IMG/VR virus record: IMGVR_UViG_3300032295_002835
Coordinates: 1 to 54,513 of that record
DNA length: 54,513 bases
Strand: one strand, 5' to 3'
DNA from: a virus
Lineage: Duplodnaviria > Caudoviricetes
Position numbers and translations under genes: made by a program. Below the pieces are notes generated by a model, which saw only the letters and a program-made list of their open reading frames with translations, made no database searches and was not told the DNA's origin. Each line of letters starts with the position of its first letter. Position 1 is the first letter of the stretch. This document shows, piece after piece, positions 7,962-17,565 of the stretch.

Positions 7962-8729
7962 ATGGATCCCCTAACCCTCTTTGCCCTCGCAAATGGTGCG
8001 GTACAGGCTGTCAAAAAAGGCTGTGAACTCTACAAAGAAATGGCCAGTGCAGCCGGTGATGTCAAAGGTATTCTAGCAGACCTTGACCAACAGTTTGGCG
8101 ATAAGTTTAGAGATCGTTCGCCCACTGTTGCGGAAAAAAATCAATACATTCAAGAAAAAAATCGCATCATTGAGCTGAGCAAGCAACAGCCCAATGACAT
8201 CTACACCACCATTGGCGAGGAACTGGGTGTGTATTTTGAAAACTACGCCAAGTGCAGTGCCATATTTGAAGAAGAAGAAAAGCATGCTCTTGAAGTCTAC
8301 ACCGGAGAAACCAGTCTAGGCAAACGTGCTCTACAACGAGTGTTGATGCAAAGCAGACTCACTGCCATGGAAGCCGAACTTCGTGAACTCATGGTTTACA
8401 ATTGTCCTCCAGAACTGGGTGATTTGTATACTCGTGTGTATGCCATGATGGAGAAGATGAAGAAAGAACAATCTATTGCCTGGGCCAAGAAACGTGTCCA
8501 GGACAAGATTGCTGCGCAAAAAAGACGTCGTAGAATAGAACATATCAAATGCAATGCCTGGAAATATGGCATTGCCGCTGTGGTCAGTGTGTATTTGATT
8601 TGGTTGGTGTGGGCGGTGGTTCAAATAAGAATAGAAGTTGAACCTGAACTAGGCCGATGTTTGATACCCAAAGGAAGTGCAGTATACAATTGGTATAACA
8701 ATTTGAAGTGGGTGGACTGCGAAAATTAA
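7962..8729 (+). CDS. hypothetical coiled-coil protein with C-terminal membrane anchor
   Basis: 255-aa ORF; MDPLTLFALANGAV N-terminus; one TM segment. Confidence 0.8.
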   Translation: MDPLTLFALANGAVQAVKKGCELYKEMASAAGDVKGILADLDQQFGDKFRDRSPTVAEKNQYIQEKNRIIELSKQQPNDIYTTIGEELGVYFENYAKCSAIFEEEEKHALEVYTGETSLGKRALQRVLMQSRLTAMEAELRELMVYNCPPELGDLYTRVYAMMEKMKKEQSIAWAKKRVQDKIAAQKRRRRIEHIKCNAWKYGIAAVVSVYLIWLVWAVVQIRIEVEPELGRCLIPKGSAVYNWYNNLKWVDCEN

Positions 8730-8740
8730 TAGGCTAAGTT

Positions 8741-8878
8741 ATGAAGCACAAAGTCAACATAAATTTAATTATACGCATGTATCGAGATCATCATTACTCA
8801 GTGGCCGACATCTGCCTGCGCTTGAGATACAGTCCCGATATTGTGGAAGCTGTGATCAAGAGATATGGTGACCGATGA
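8741..8878 (+). CDS. tiny HTH-like protein (45 aa, not in ORF track)
   Basis: MKHKVNINLIIRMYRDHHYSVADICLRLRYSPDIVEAVIKRYGDR. Confidence 0.55.
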   Translation: MKHKVNINLIIRMYRDHHYSVADICLRLRYSPDIVEAVIKRYGDR

Positions 8879-9003
8879 CTGAATACCGACATGCCAAGGC
8901 TGTTTTACAATTACACAATGCCGGCATGAGCATGCTCACCATTGCCAAGCTTTTGAATCTCTCCATTGACCAAGTGGCCAATGTCATAGCTCATTACTCC
9001 TAA
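8875..9003 (+). CDS. tiny HTH-like protein (42 aa, not in ORF track)
   Basis: MTEYRHAKAVLQLHNAGMSMLTIAKLLNLSIDQVANVIAHYS; ATGA overlap with previous ORF. Confidence 0.6.
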   Translation: MTEYRHAKAVLQLHNAGMSMLTIAKLLNLSIDQVANVIAHYS

Positions 9004-9013
9004 GGAGCTGGCC

Positions 9014-9454
9014 ATGAAATTGTTTGTTTCCGCTGTGTTGCTGGCCTTCGCCACTCTGTGTGGTGCTGCCCCTGTTGAATTTCCTGCACCTGGCAAAATG
9101 TCAGTGAACGTTTCGCAGTTTGTTCGCGTGGGCGCAGAAAACAACTATGTGATGTACATGACACCTGATGCGGTTGATGCACACAAGCCTGTTATCGAAC
9201 TTGTGAGCGTGGTAGAGTTTGATACGGAATGGCATTACTATCTACTGACTCAACCAGTTAAGCAAATAGTTGCGCACGGAGCATTGTTGTGTGAACAACA
9301 ACAATATTTCATACTCACACTGTGGTATGTGGATCATGAAAAAAACATTGTGCTGATTGAAAGATATCAACCAGGGGAGTTTGCCAGCGATTTGAGTCAG
9401 GCAAACACTGCCAGAAACGTCATGATGCTCATGGCCTGCCGATCCAGTTCCTGA
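9014..9454 (+). CDS. secreted hypothetical protein
   Basis: AAGGAG RBS; signal peptide MKLFVSAVLLAFATLCGA. Confidence 0.75.
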   Translation: MKLFVSAVLLAFATLCGAAPVEFPAPGKMSVNVSQFVRVGAENNYVMYMTPDAVDAHKPVIELVSVVEFDTEWHYYLLTQPVKQIVAHGALLCEQQQYFILTLWYVDHEKNIVLIERYQPGEFASDLSQANTARNVMMLMACRSSS

Positions 9455-9575
9455 TCCAATCCACAGCGTATTCGCATGCGTGAGCAAAGCCCAGAGCAGT
9501 GATCATTACGATTGTGATCACCGTGCCTGTCATGAGCCAGTAACCAATCATGGACAAAATTGTTGACAGTATCAT
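9429..9575 (-). CDS. small membrane protein (48 aa, not in ORF track)
   Basis: MILSTILSMIGYWLMTGTVITIVMITALGFAHACEYAVDWIRNWIGRP; ATGA coupling to the 9572 stop. Confidence 0.5.
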   Translation of the reverse strand: MILSTILSMIGYWLMTGTVITIVMITALGFAHACEYAVDWIRNWIGRP

Positions 9576-9859
9576 GTCAGCATCCTTATCAATCCAACAG
9601 TATCAATGGTGGTGAGCAAAATGTAGTTGGCCAGCATGCCAAATGATTTGCGGCTCCAGGCAGCCCAGGCATACATTGCACAGCCAGAAATCCAGGCAGG
9701 ATATAGAGCCAGCAGTGGCGGATTGGGCACTGTGATGGCCATGGTAAAGGCGCAGCCAATAGAAACTGCCCAGGCCAGTATTTCAACCACAAATCGCACA
9801 CGATTTGACGCCCAATCATCCCGTATCCAATCAAACGTATGTCGTAGCAAGTTGTTCAC
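9572..9859 (-). CDS. small 3-TM membrane protein
   Basis: 95 aa, three hydrophobic segments; GTG start overlapping upstream stop. Confidence 0.75.
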   Translation of the reverse strand: MNNLLRHTFDWIRDDWASNRVRFVVEILAWAVSIGCAFTMAITVPNPPLLALYPAWISGCAMYAWAAWSRKSFGMLANYILLTTIDTVGLIRMLT

Positions 9860-10974
9860 AGCGGCTCCCTATGTAATTCAGCTGTCATACAATGTATGCC
9901 ACCATCCCAAAAATACAGCGTTGAAAAATCAGGCAACACATGCGGGGTGATGTCATTGTCAACCAAGATGTCTAACAACTGAGGATCAGCTGCGGTTGTG
10001 ATCACATTGGCATTGTCTATGCACAACATGTTGACATCATAACTGCTTTCCCAACTGTATCCAAACCACTGTTGAAAACGTGATTCAATTTCTTGAGTCA
10101 AGGTCTGGTCATGTTCCATGCCCGGTATCCACCATCGTCCCTGAGTTTGATCCAGGAACTGTTGCATTTCTTGACTGCGAGCCAAGTCACGCATGAGGTT
10201 GTTGCCCGGTAATCGATAGATTTTCCAACCAGGCAACATGTGTTCATAATCAATCCAACAGTTGGGCTCGTCCACAGCAATCAATAAGCCAGGTTTGGGC
10301 ACACAGAATATACCATCAATGTGTCCGGCACTTGACACAACATGATGTTGACGTCCGGGAAAGAGTTGTTGATACTTATCATTAGAGTTGGCATGCTTGG
10401 TGTCCGTGCCCCAAATCCATTGCTGACCGAGTCGCATGATCTGACCACCGTCGGCCCAGTCCAGGTTGATGACCTGATTGCCCTGGCTGCGCACATGATC
10501 AACTATGTGTTGATAAGATGCAGAAAACTTTTTTATATATTTGAGTTCGCTTTCAAGGTGACCGCGTCCCATGAGATCTTGTATCTGATGAGCCGGGGCC
10601 AAGGCTAAAAACTGCTCAAGAGTGTCATAAGGCAACCAATCCGGAGCCTTGACATTGTTGTAATAGGTGTGCCAATAGCTGTCGCGATAACAAAAAACAT
10701 CGCCAGCCATGAACATGTAATCTCGAGGCTGTTGTGGCGGAAGTGGAAAATTTTCTGGATCTGCTTGGTCTGGAATGCGTGGACGAATTGTGTACACACC
10801 AAACTGATCCAACAAGCTCAAGAGACGATCCAAGCCAGCACAAGTAACCGAAGCCATGTGCTGCATGGTATCTCTCACTCGGTGATTGGGAATCCAATCA
10901 TAGAAACTGGTGGGATAACTGCTGCCCACCACACAAACTTTCAGTCTATCCCATTCATGTTCAACTGAATACAT
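9856..10974 (-). CDS. amidinotransferase-family (pentein) protein
   Basis: EWDRLKVCVVG, QPRD, DGG, GHIDG, C-terminal GGIHCMT catalytic Cys. Confidence 0.85.
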   Translation of the reverse strand: MYSVEHEWDRLKVCVVGSSYPTSFYDWIPNHRVRDTMQHMASVTCAGLDRLLSLLDQFGVYTIRPRIPDQADPENFPLPPQQPRDYMFMAGDVFCYRDSYWHTYYNNVKAPDWLPYDTLEQFLALAPAHQIQDLMGRGHLESELKYIKKFSASYQHIVDHVRSQGNQVINLDWADGGQIMRLGQQWIWGTDTKHANSNDKYQQLFPGRQHHVVSSAGHIDGIFCVPKPGLLIAVDEPNCWIDYEHMLPGWKIYRLPGNNLMRDLARSQEMQQFLDQTQGRWWIPGMEHDQTLTQEIESRFQQWFGYSWESSYDVNMLCIDNANVITTAADPQLLDILVDNDITPHVLPDFSTLYFWDGGIHCMTAELHREPL

Positions 10975-11980
10975 CGTTCAAGAAACCATCACGAGCCAAG
11001 TTCTTGCCTTTGGCTTCACATTCAATGTCAAAGTCTGTCATGAATCCAGCGGCCCATTGATTCACAGCATGGTTCCAGTAAAAGTCTGAATGGGCTCTGA
11101 GCTTTTGCTTTTTAAAATTTCCAGCAAGTAATCCAGCAAGATCTGGTCTAGTATGGGGATCATGTCCAACAAGAAGATCTTCGCGGCTAACACTGTAGTG
11201 AATAGCAGGGCGCACACCACGCCAAGACTCAGAAACCCGCTTAACACGATCGTCGTTGGGGTCAATATATTCACCTGTCTGCACCCAATGATGATGCACA
11301 TCCAGAACAAGAGCCACACTACCAGCCACAGCAAGAGTACAGTCAAGGCCATTTGTTATTTCGTCGTTTTCTATGGTTATGAGATTGCGAGCTTCCGGAG
11401 ACAGCCTACCAAGAGTACGCAGAAACTTTTCTGCGCCGCCTCGTCCACTCAAATGTACATTTATCATGAATCCATGATCGTGCCAAGTTTTACCATAGCC
11501 CATCCAGCGAGCCATGTCCGCATGATACTCAAATTCCTCAATGCTGCGTTCCACAATGTTGTCATTCTCTGAAGCCAACACGCAAAACTGCCCGGGGTGA
11601 AAGCCAATGCGCACACCCAAACGTCGAGCGGCTTCGCCCACAGGTGCAAAGATGCGTTCACAGTGATCTTGTACATCCCTGCGTTGCCACCAGGCTTTCC
11701 AGTCCTTTTCGGTATAGCCCTGAAGCATTTCTGAACCCAGACGCACCATGCGCAGATGCTCAGGCAATGCGCCCACACGTTCTACCATTTTCAGCGCAGC
11801 CGCTGCGTTGTGGTTCATGATGTCCCACTGACGCTGTTCGGCTTCCTCAGGGTGCTCACGCAGCCAGCGCATGGTGGTACTACGTCCGTTTACCGAACGA
11901 TCTGTGGCGTTGACTTTCATCCCACCAGTTTCTGAGGGATCATTGAGCCATTTGCAGCAAAAACCAATTTTAGCAATCAT
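10961..11980 (-). CDS. uvsE: UV DNA damage endonuclease
   Basis: KIGFCC, HPGQF, INVH, IENDE, LDVHHH, HYS, RAHSD, EAKGK motifs. Confidence 0.92.
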   Translation of the reverse strand: MIAKIGFCCKWLNDPSETGGMKVNATDRSVNGRSTTMRWLREHPEEAEQRQWDIMNHNAAAALKMVERVGALPEHLRMVRLGSEMLQGYTEKDWKAWWQRRDVQDHCERIFAPVGEAARRLGVRIGFHPGQFCVLASENDNIVERSIEEFEYHADMARWMGYGKTWHDHGFMINVHLSGRGGAEKFLRTLGRLSPEARNLITIENDEITNGLDCTLAVAGSVALVLDVHHHWVQTGEYIDPNDDRVKRVSESWRGVRPAIHYSVSREDLLVGHDPHTRPDLAGLLAGNFKKQKLRAHSDFYWNHAVNQWAAGFMTDFDIECEAKGKNLARDGFLNDVFS

Positions 11981-11985
11981 ATCAT

Positions 11986-12014
11986 ATTGTACGCTGTTAT
12001 TGAAATTCTGTCAA
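11986..12014 (-). promoter_or_regulatory. sigma70 promoter TTGACA-N17-TACAAT for uvsE (likely leaderless mRNA)
   Basis: -10 ends 5 nt before the ATG at 11980. Confidence 0.65.
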
Positions 12015-12036
12015 AGCTTTTGATAAATATAGTATC

Positions 12037-12450
12037 ATGCCAAAATACCAAATTTCATTTGCAGATCCAGTGATGGCGATCCCGGTAGAAATGGCTCAAG
12101 AAACATTTGATCCATTTGAATACACCCGGGACAGGTTTTACCTGTGGCGCGACGGTAATGTACATTTCATTGAATTTTACTTCCGAGTTGACGACTACAA
12201 CAGTATTCAAGATCAGCCAGCAGCCAAACTCATACGATTTGTTGCATCCCAAATGTCTGTGACTACAGAACATGGAATTGTGATGATTGTTGATTCTGAT
12301 CACATGTATCTAGATCCCGGACACGATTTCTGGTTCGATGACAGTGTTCCGTTTGATCAACAGGGTCTAGTGGTAGCTGGCGAAGTTGCTAGAGAACTGT
12401 TTTTTTCTGCCTGGAGAATGCTGGGTTGGTCAATCAATCAAATCGACTGA
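12037..12450 (+). CDS. hypothetical protein
   Basis: 137-aa ORF preceded by TAAATA box. Confidence 0.7.
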   Translation: MPKYQISFADPVMAIPVEMAQETFDPFEYTRDRFYLWRDGNVHFIEFYFRVDDYNSIQDQPAAKLIRFVASQMSVTTEHGIVMIVDSDHMYLDPGHDFWFDDSVPFDQQGLVVAGEVARELFFSAWRMLGWSINQID

Positions 12451-13351
12451 GATCAAGAGTCACGCAGTGAAACCCACCGCCCAGAGTACGACTGTGTCTC
12501 AACTCTAATTCAATCACTTCAAAATTGTGTTGTTTCAGCACAGCAATCAAAGGTTGTTGCAGTTGATCCACAATCACAGTATTACGGTCAACTACCAAAA
12601 GATTCATGCCTATCCATTTACTGGCATAGGGATATTGGTAAAAGTCTCTTGGTACACAATCTTCTAGCCAAATTTTTTCCCAGCCATCAAATACCCGAGG
12701 ACAGTTCTGTTCCGTGACTCTGCTGGCGTTCAACAATACCAAGCCTTCTCGCAAAGGCATGATTGTGCTGTCAATGTGAACTCCGGCATAGAAGTCGCAG
12801 AGCTCTACCTTGGCATAGGGAAAAGTATCGCACAACCATTCGTATGATTCCAGATTGCCGCTGGAGCTTTTCAAAAACAACAGATTTTCCGGTCCCAGGC
12901 GCAGAACATTGGCTGCATCAAGCACATGACCAAATTCACGATTCATGCTGATCTGATGTTCGGCCTCGTGCCACAGTTCGGTATAGGCTTCACGTTCAAT
13001 GTCTCTGCTGGGATACAGCATGGCAGTGTCCACCACGGTGCCTCCATACACAAGAAATCTATCCCTGGGGCAATAGTTGTAAAAACCGTTGCGTGCCTGA
13101 AAATCTATAACTTCGGGACGCACCACTGTGACACCCAGTTGTTCAAGAGTGGTGGCAAGAATTTGCAAGTCTTCGTTGGCCTCATCTATGATCCACTGTG
13201 GCACTGGTCCGCTGGGCACTGGTGTTTCTCGCCACAGAGTGCGTTCGCTCTCTAGTGCAAACACCGGATCGGTTGTGGGCCAGTTGGCATTGGTGGCATC
13301 TCCCACCACTACCTTGCGCAGTCGACTCCATTCATCGTAGCTATAAATCAT
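12434..13351 (-). CDS. amidinotransferase (glycine/inosamine-phosphate type)
   Basis: EWSRLRKVVVG, NYCPRD, DAAN, HIDST, GGGFHCVTLD. Confidence 0.9.
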   Translation of the reverse strand: MIYSYDEWSRLRKVVVGDATNANWPTTDPVFALESERTLWRETPVPSGPVPQWIIDEANEDLQILATTLEQLGVTVVRPEVIDFQARNGFYNYCPRDRFLVYGGTVVDTAMLYPSRDIEREAYTELWHEAEHQISMNREFGHVLDAANVLRLGPENLLFLKSSSGNLESYEWLCDTFPYAKVELCDFYAGVHIDSTIMPLREGLVLLNASRVTEQNCPRVFDGWEKIWLEDCVPRDFYQYPYASKWIGMNLLVVDRNTVIVDQLQQPLIAVLKQHNFEVIELELRHSRTLGGGFHCVTLDLSRFD

Positions 13352-13866
13352 ACGTGTCCTGTGATCTGTAGAGTGTACCTGGGCGTGGTTCCAAGATTGG
13401 CAGCCATGTGTTCAAGATCATAATGCCATTCGCACACATCGCCTGCCTGCCAGGCCGTGACAGGTATGCCATCCCCTTCAAAATAATGTCCACTTTGCCA
13501 TGATTGTAAAAATATCACAGCTCGCCGGATGCAGTGTTTTTTGTGCTGCAAATCAAAAATTTCTGCATACCGATGATAGGTATCTCGGTGCGCTGGCAAC
13601 ACAGTGCCTGGCATCATGCGATAATATGCTGTGCCAATGTTTTGCCATCCGCGCTGGCTGAACATATCAATAAATTGCCGATTCCATGTGGGCTGAGTGC
13701 GACGCATGTCACAGAGGTCTCCTGTGAACCTTGAAGTGAATCCCAGGCGTTGCCATTGATCCAACGCCTCACTGTCATTGAATGTTTCTTGAAAGTAATC
13801 AAGCTGTTGATATTCATCGTCCCAGAACGGGACAATGTTATATCTTATGAGACCGGGTGTTGCCAT
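13348..13866 (-). CDS. Fe(II)/2OG-type (cupin) oxygenase-like protein
   Basis: HRD (HxD) ... H-MAAN ... RYTLQITG. Confidence 0.7.
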   Translation of the reverse strand: MATPGLIRYNIVPFWDDEYQQLDYFQETFNDSEALDQWQRLGFTSRFTGDLCDMRRTQPTWNRQFIDMFSQRGWQNIGTAYYRMMPGTVLPAHRDTYHRYAEIFDLQHKKHCIRRAVIFLQSWQSGHYFEGDGIPVTAWQAGDVCEWHYDLEHMAANLGTTPRYTLQITGHV

Positions 13867-15091
13867 ACGAAATCACCTTGACGTTGTTGGGCAGAGTGTG
13901 AGGCAAGCTGCGCCAGGGATCAACCAACACACTGCCCCGTGGTATTTCACAGTAGAAGTGATCTTGTTGAACTGTACCTGTGTAACCATAGGTCACTGTG
14001 CGATTGTGTGCCATGAGTATCACGTGTGGTTCGTCCAGTTTCATCACAACATTGGCGGTGTCATCAGCCAAGGGATCTATGTATCGGATACTCAATCCCA
14101 TTTTGGCAACATAATGTCCTACCAAAGTGCTGTAGCTGCCAATGCAGTAAGGCACATCAGGCTTGTAGGTCTTGCCATGAATGGCTATGGGAATGCCACA
14201 GTTGTCGTCGCTGACGTCAATCAAGAAATGCGCTAGATTTTTGGCTTGACGTTCCCGAGCATGCATGATAGTGTCAAATAGGTCATAACCTATGTCATAT
14301 TCTTCGGCCAACCAACGCAGAGCAATGTTGTCTCGTGGATGACAAGCGCCAGCATCGCCCATGCCTGCTGTCATGTACTTTGGACCCATGATACGCATGT
14401 TGCTTCGTGCCAGAGCCGAGGTAACCACATCTACATTGATGTTGCCAATTCGCATGGCAAAGTCTTGAATCATGTTGGCCAGACCAACCTTGGCAGATAT
14501 AAAAGTGTTGTAAAAGATCTTGATGGCTTCGCACTCTTCCCAGGTACCTATTTCATATCTGGGATCGTTTTCCATCACAGTGTTGTAGAGTTCACAGAGC
14601 TCACGTGCAACTCCTGTTTCACTGCCGTCCTCGGTACCAATGATTACCATTTCTGGATTTACCATGTCCCATTTTACACTGCCCATGGCAATGAGATAGG
14701 GATTGTAGATAAGGTTGTGTCTAGCATCCAAGAGACCCGCAAAATGTCGGCGAGTGGTGCCAGGCAACACTGTGCTTATCAACACCACATTCTTGCTGTC
14801 GCGGGCATGTAAATTTATTTTGTGCAGCGCATTCAATACCGCATCATGGCCAAAATCTCTAGGTTCTAGATGACTGCTGGGCACACTGCCATCATAGCCT
14901 TCTGCGTGTGGAGTAGGCACAGCAATAAAAATCCAATCACTGCTGTCAACAACTTCGGATATGTCACAAACTTTGATTATATCACTGGTACGCGGGTAAA
15001 TATCATACCCTTTCACTGTGTGCTTGCTGGCAAACACTTCGGCGCAGTCTAAACCCAATTTGCCAAGGCCAATAAAACCAATTCTTTGCAT
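13838..15091 (-). CDS. ugd: UDP-glucose/GDP-mannose dehydrogenase family
   Basis: GLGKLG Rossmann, IAVPTP, STVLPGT, KIFYNTF, GACHPRD catalytic Cys. Confidence 0.88.
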   Translation of the reverse strand: MQRIGFIGLGKLGLDCAEVFASKHTVKGYDIYPRTSDIIKVCDISEVVDSSDWIFIAVPTPHAEGYDGSVPSSHLEPRDFGHDAVLNALHKINLHARDSKNVVLISTVLPGTTRRHFAGLLDARHNLIYNPYLIAMGSVKWDMVNPEMVIIGTEDGSETGVARELCELYNTVMENDPRYEIGTWEECEAIKIFYNTFISAKVGLANMIQDFAMRIGNINVDVVTSALARSNMRIMGPKYMTAGMGDAGACHPRDNIALRWLAEEYDIGYDLFDTIMHARERQAKNLAHFLIDVSDDNCGIPIAIHGKTYKPDVPYCIGSYSTLVGHYVAKMGLSIRYIDPLADDTANVVMKLDEPHVILMAHNRTVTYGYTGTVQQDHFYCEIPRGSVLVDPWRSLPHTLPNNVKVISYGNTRSHKI

Positions 15092-15092
15092 A

Positions 15093-16379
15093 ATGTCTGT
15101 TCCTCTTGATAAATTATATGATTTTTTAGATTCAGAAGTCGATCAGGATCTAATCATTTATCGTTGGATGCCGCATGGCTCAAGGAAATTAGAAGATCTT
15201 CAACCCTTGCAAGATTATCATGATTTTGTTGCGTTACACACCACACCCATGGCAATCTTTCACGATCAAGAGCCCTTGAATTACCAGCTGTATGATCTAG
15301 ACAGTTTGATACAGACCTATCTTCACTATCAAGACACATCACAGTTGAAACTGAATTTTGATAAGAGTGATCAAACACTCATGGATCTGTTGTGGGACAT
15401 GCATGTCAGGGGTGTTGGTACCATAGCGTTTGCTAATCTCTATGACAAAACCATTTTGGTTCACAGTGAACTACACAGTGCCCAAGTGCATCAATGGCAG
15501 TGTCACAATTACTTACCGGTGTACTATTGGAGTCATGCTGTTATTGCTCGCGATTGGTTTAGATACGCTGAACATGACAATGCATTGAAACAGCGAAATC
15601 CCAGCAAAGACTTCTTGATATATAATCGGTCTTGGTCTGGTTCAAGAGAATACCGATTGAAATTCACAGAAATGCTCCTGGAGCATGAGCTCAATCACAA
15701 TTGCTTGATCAGCTTCAATCGTTGGTGTGACAACAAACATTACACCGAACATGAATTTGTGAATCGCAATTTTTCCATCCGCAATCACAATCTGCACCAG
15801 CACTATGATCCATGCTTTGCATCCAGTGCCAGCAGCGCAGACTACTGGGCTCCAGACTATGTGAATACCCGATTTGAAGTGGTGTTGGAAACTCTGTTTG
15901 ATGATCAGCGCTGGCATCTCACAGAAAAAACACTGAGACCCATTGCGTGTGGTCAACCGTTTTTGTTGTTGTCCACCCCGGGCAGTCTTGAATATCTACG
16001 CAGTTATGGATTCAAAACCTTTGCGGATTTCTGGGATGAAAGCTATGACAGCATCAGTGACCCAGTGCAACGAATGCAAGCGGTCATTGACGTCATGCAC
16101 GATCTTGTGAATCAACCTAGATCACAGGCCTGGTCACAAAGTCTGTCCGCGGTGTGTGCGCACAATCATGCAAGATTTTTCAGCCAGGATTTTTTGCATC
16201 AAGTCTTGACTGAATACCACACCAACATGAATCATGCATTGCAAGAGACTGCGCAACATCGCAGCGGAGAATTTTTCCGTCGCATGCTGCGCTATCTACA
16301 TGTCAATCAGCATGACATCTGGTCCAACTTTATGACACGCGATCAGTGTGCGGCGCTGTGGCGTCATTTGCGGTCTTGA
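15093..16379 (+). CDS. hypothetical protein, possible glycosyltransferase-like
   Basis: VVLET...LTEKTLRPI...PF...LRSYGFKTF...WDESYD pattern; adjacent to ugd. Confidence 0.7.
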   Translation: MSVPLDKLYDFLDSEVDQDLIIYRWMPHGSRKLEDLQPLQDYHDFVALHTTPMAIFHDQEPLNYQLYDLDSLIQTYLHYQDTSQLKLNFDKSDQTLMDLLWDMHVRGVGTIAFANLYDKTILVHSELHSAQVHQWQCHNYLPVYYWSHAVIARDWFRYAEHDNALKQRNPSKDFLIYNRSWSGSREYRLKFTEMLLEHELNHNCLISFNRWCDNKHYTEHEFVNRNFSIRNHNLHQHYDPCFASSASSADYWAPDYVNTRFEVVLETLFDDQRWHLTEKTLRPIACGQPFLLLSTPGSLEYLRSYGFKTFADFWDESYDSISDPVQRMQAVIDVMHDLVNQPRSQAWSQSLSAVCAHNHARFFSQDFLHQVLTEYHTNMNHALQETAQHRSGEFFRRMLRYLHVNQHDIWSNFMTRDQCAALWRHLRS

Positions 16380-16722
16380 CCCTGGCACCATTCCAGTCTG
16401 GCGATGGTGGATTTTCTTGATACTGTTTGACTCGAACCAACAAATCATCATAGAAACTGTCCAACGCACCGGCCCATTTACCACGTAGGCCTTCAATGGC
16501 ATGCTCGCAATAGGTCCAGTATTGTTGTTTGTAATACTGTATTAGATCCGCATGCACCTTGACATAGGCGTCTTTGTGATTCAATTCATCCACAGGCATG
16601 GTTTCTAAAACACAGTATGCAGTGCGATGTTGTTTGAGTTCAGGCACCCAAAACGTGTCCAGTTCCAACACTGTGTAACGCTTTTTGAGTTCTTCTATTT
16701 TGTCGTCAAAAACTATGTTCAT
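16330..16722 (-). CDS. hypothetical protein
   Basis: ORF; start MNIVFD with GGAG RBS; C-terminal PPSPDWNG. Confidence 0.7.
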   Translation of the reverse strand: MNIVFDDKIEELKKRYTVLELDTFWVPELKQHRTAYCVLETMPVDELNHKDAYVKVHADLIQYYKQQYWTYCEHAIEGLRGKWAGALDSFYDDLLVRVKQYQENPPSPDWNGARVKTANDATAPHTDRVS

Positions 16723-16776
16723 GCATTCTCCGTCAAGATTGGTTAAGCTGGTAAACAAATACTTTAAATATGTATC

Positions 16777-17565
16777 ATGCAATTTTCATTTGACCTAATT
16801 TCTGATTTACACGTGGATCAATGGCAGAGCTTTGATTGGACCACTCAAGCCACGAGCCCGGTCTGTGTTGTGGCTGGCAACGTGGCACGCGGACACAAAG
16901 CTACCATAGACGTTTTGCGCCACCTCACACAGTGTTATCAAGCTGTGTTTTACATTGATGGCAGCATCGAGCATGATCATTATCGTAGCAATCTTTTGTA
17001 CAGCTATCAACAGCTCACAGGACGACTCGCCAACATACCCCGACTGGTGTATTTGCAAGACAATGTGATTGTGCTCAACGGTGTGGCCCTGTTGGCCACC
17101 AATGGTTGGTGGCAGTTTGATTTTGATTCACAGCAAAGCCCAGTGGATGCTGAGCATTGGTTAGGTGAAACCACCGGAGCCGATGATGTCATTATTGATC
17201 AAATAAGAAATATGTCAGAATTTGATACCAATTACATGATCAACGGCATTCGTAGATTACAGACACATACTGATGTCAAGCGCATTGTTATTGTGAGTCA
17301 CACAGTGCCCGACCCTGCCTTGATCGAACATGATCTAGCCATTGCTGATACCCCAGAGTTTATGTGCATGGGCAACAAAACCATGATGCAGGCCATGGCA
17401 GCTGACACTGAAGGAAAAATATCCACCTGGTGTTTTGGTCGTTATCATGGATCTGTGGATCAGGTACGAAGTGGCATAAGGTTCGTTAACAATCCGCGAG
17501 GTGGACCCAACGATCCTTATCCACAGCTGACCTATTTTCCACGTAGAATCACCGTGGACGTTTAA
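16777..17565 (+). CDS. calcineurin-like metallophosphoesterase (degenerate motifs)
   Basis: ISDLH, AGN, DGSIEH, SHTVP, FGRYH, NNPRG. Confidence 0.8.
   Translation: MQFSFDLISDLHVDQWQSFDWTTQATSPVCVVAGNVARGHKATIDVLRHLTQCYQAVFYIDGSIEHDHYRSNLLYSYQQLTGRLANIPRLVYLQDNVIVLNGVALLATNGWWQFDFDSQQSPVDAEHWLGETTGADDVIIDQIRNMSEFDTNYMINGIRRLQTHTDVKRIVIVSHTVPDPALIEHDLAIADTPEFMCMGNKTMMQAMAADTEGKISTWCFGRYHGSVDQVRSGIRFVNNPRGGPNDPYPQLTYFPRRITVDV

Noticed and set aside
7890-7975. Short ORF MSYVISHEL... after AAGGAA
   Set aside because: Under 30 aa, overlaps the next gene's start, no recognisable features
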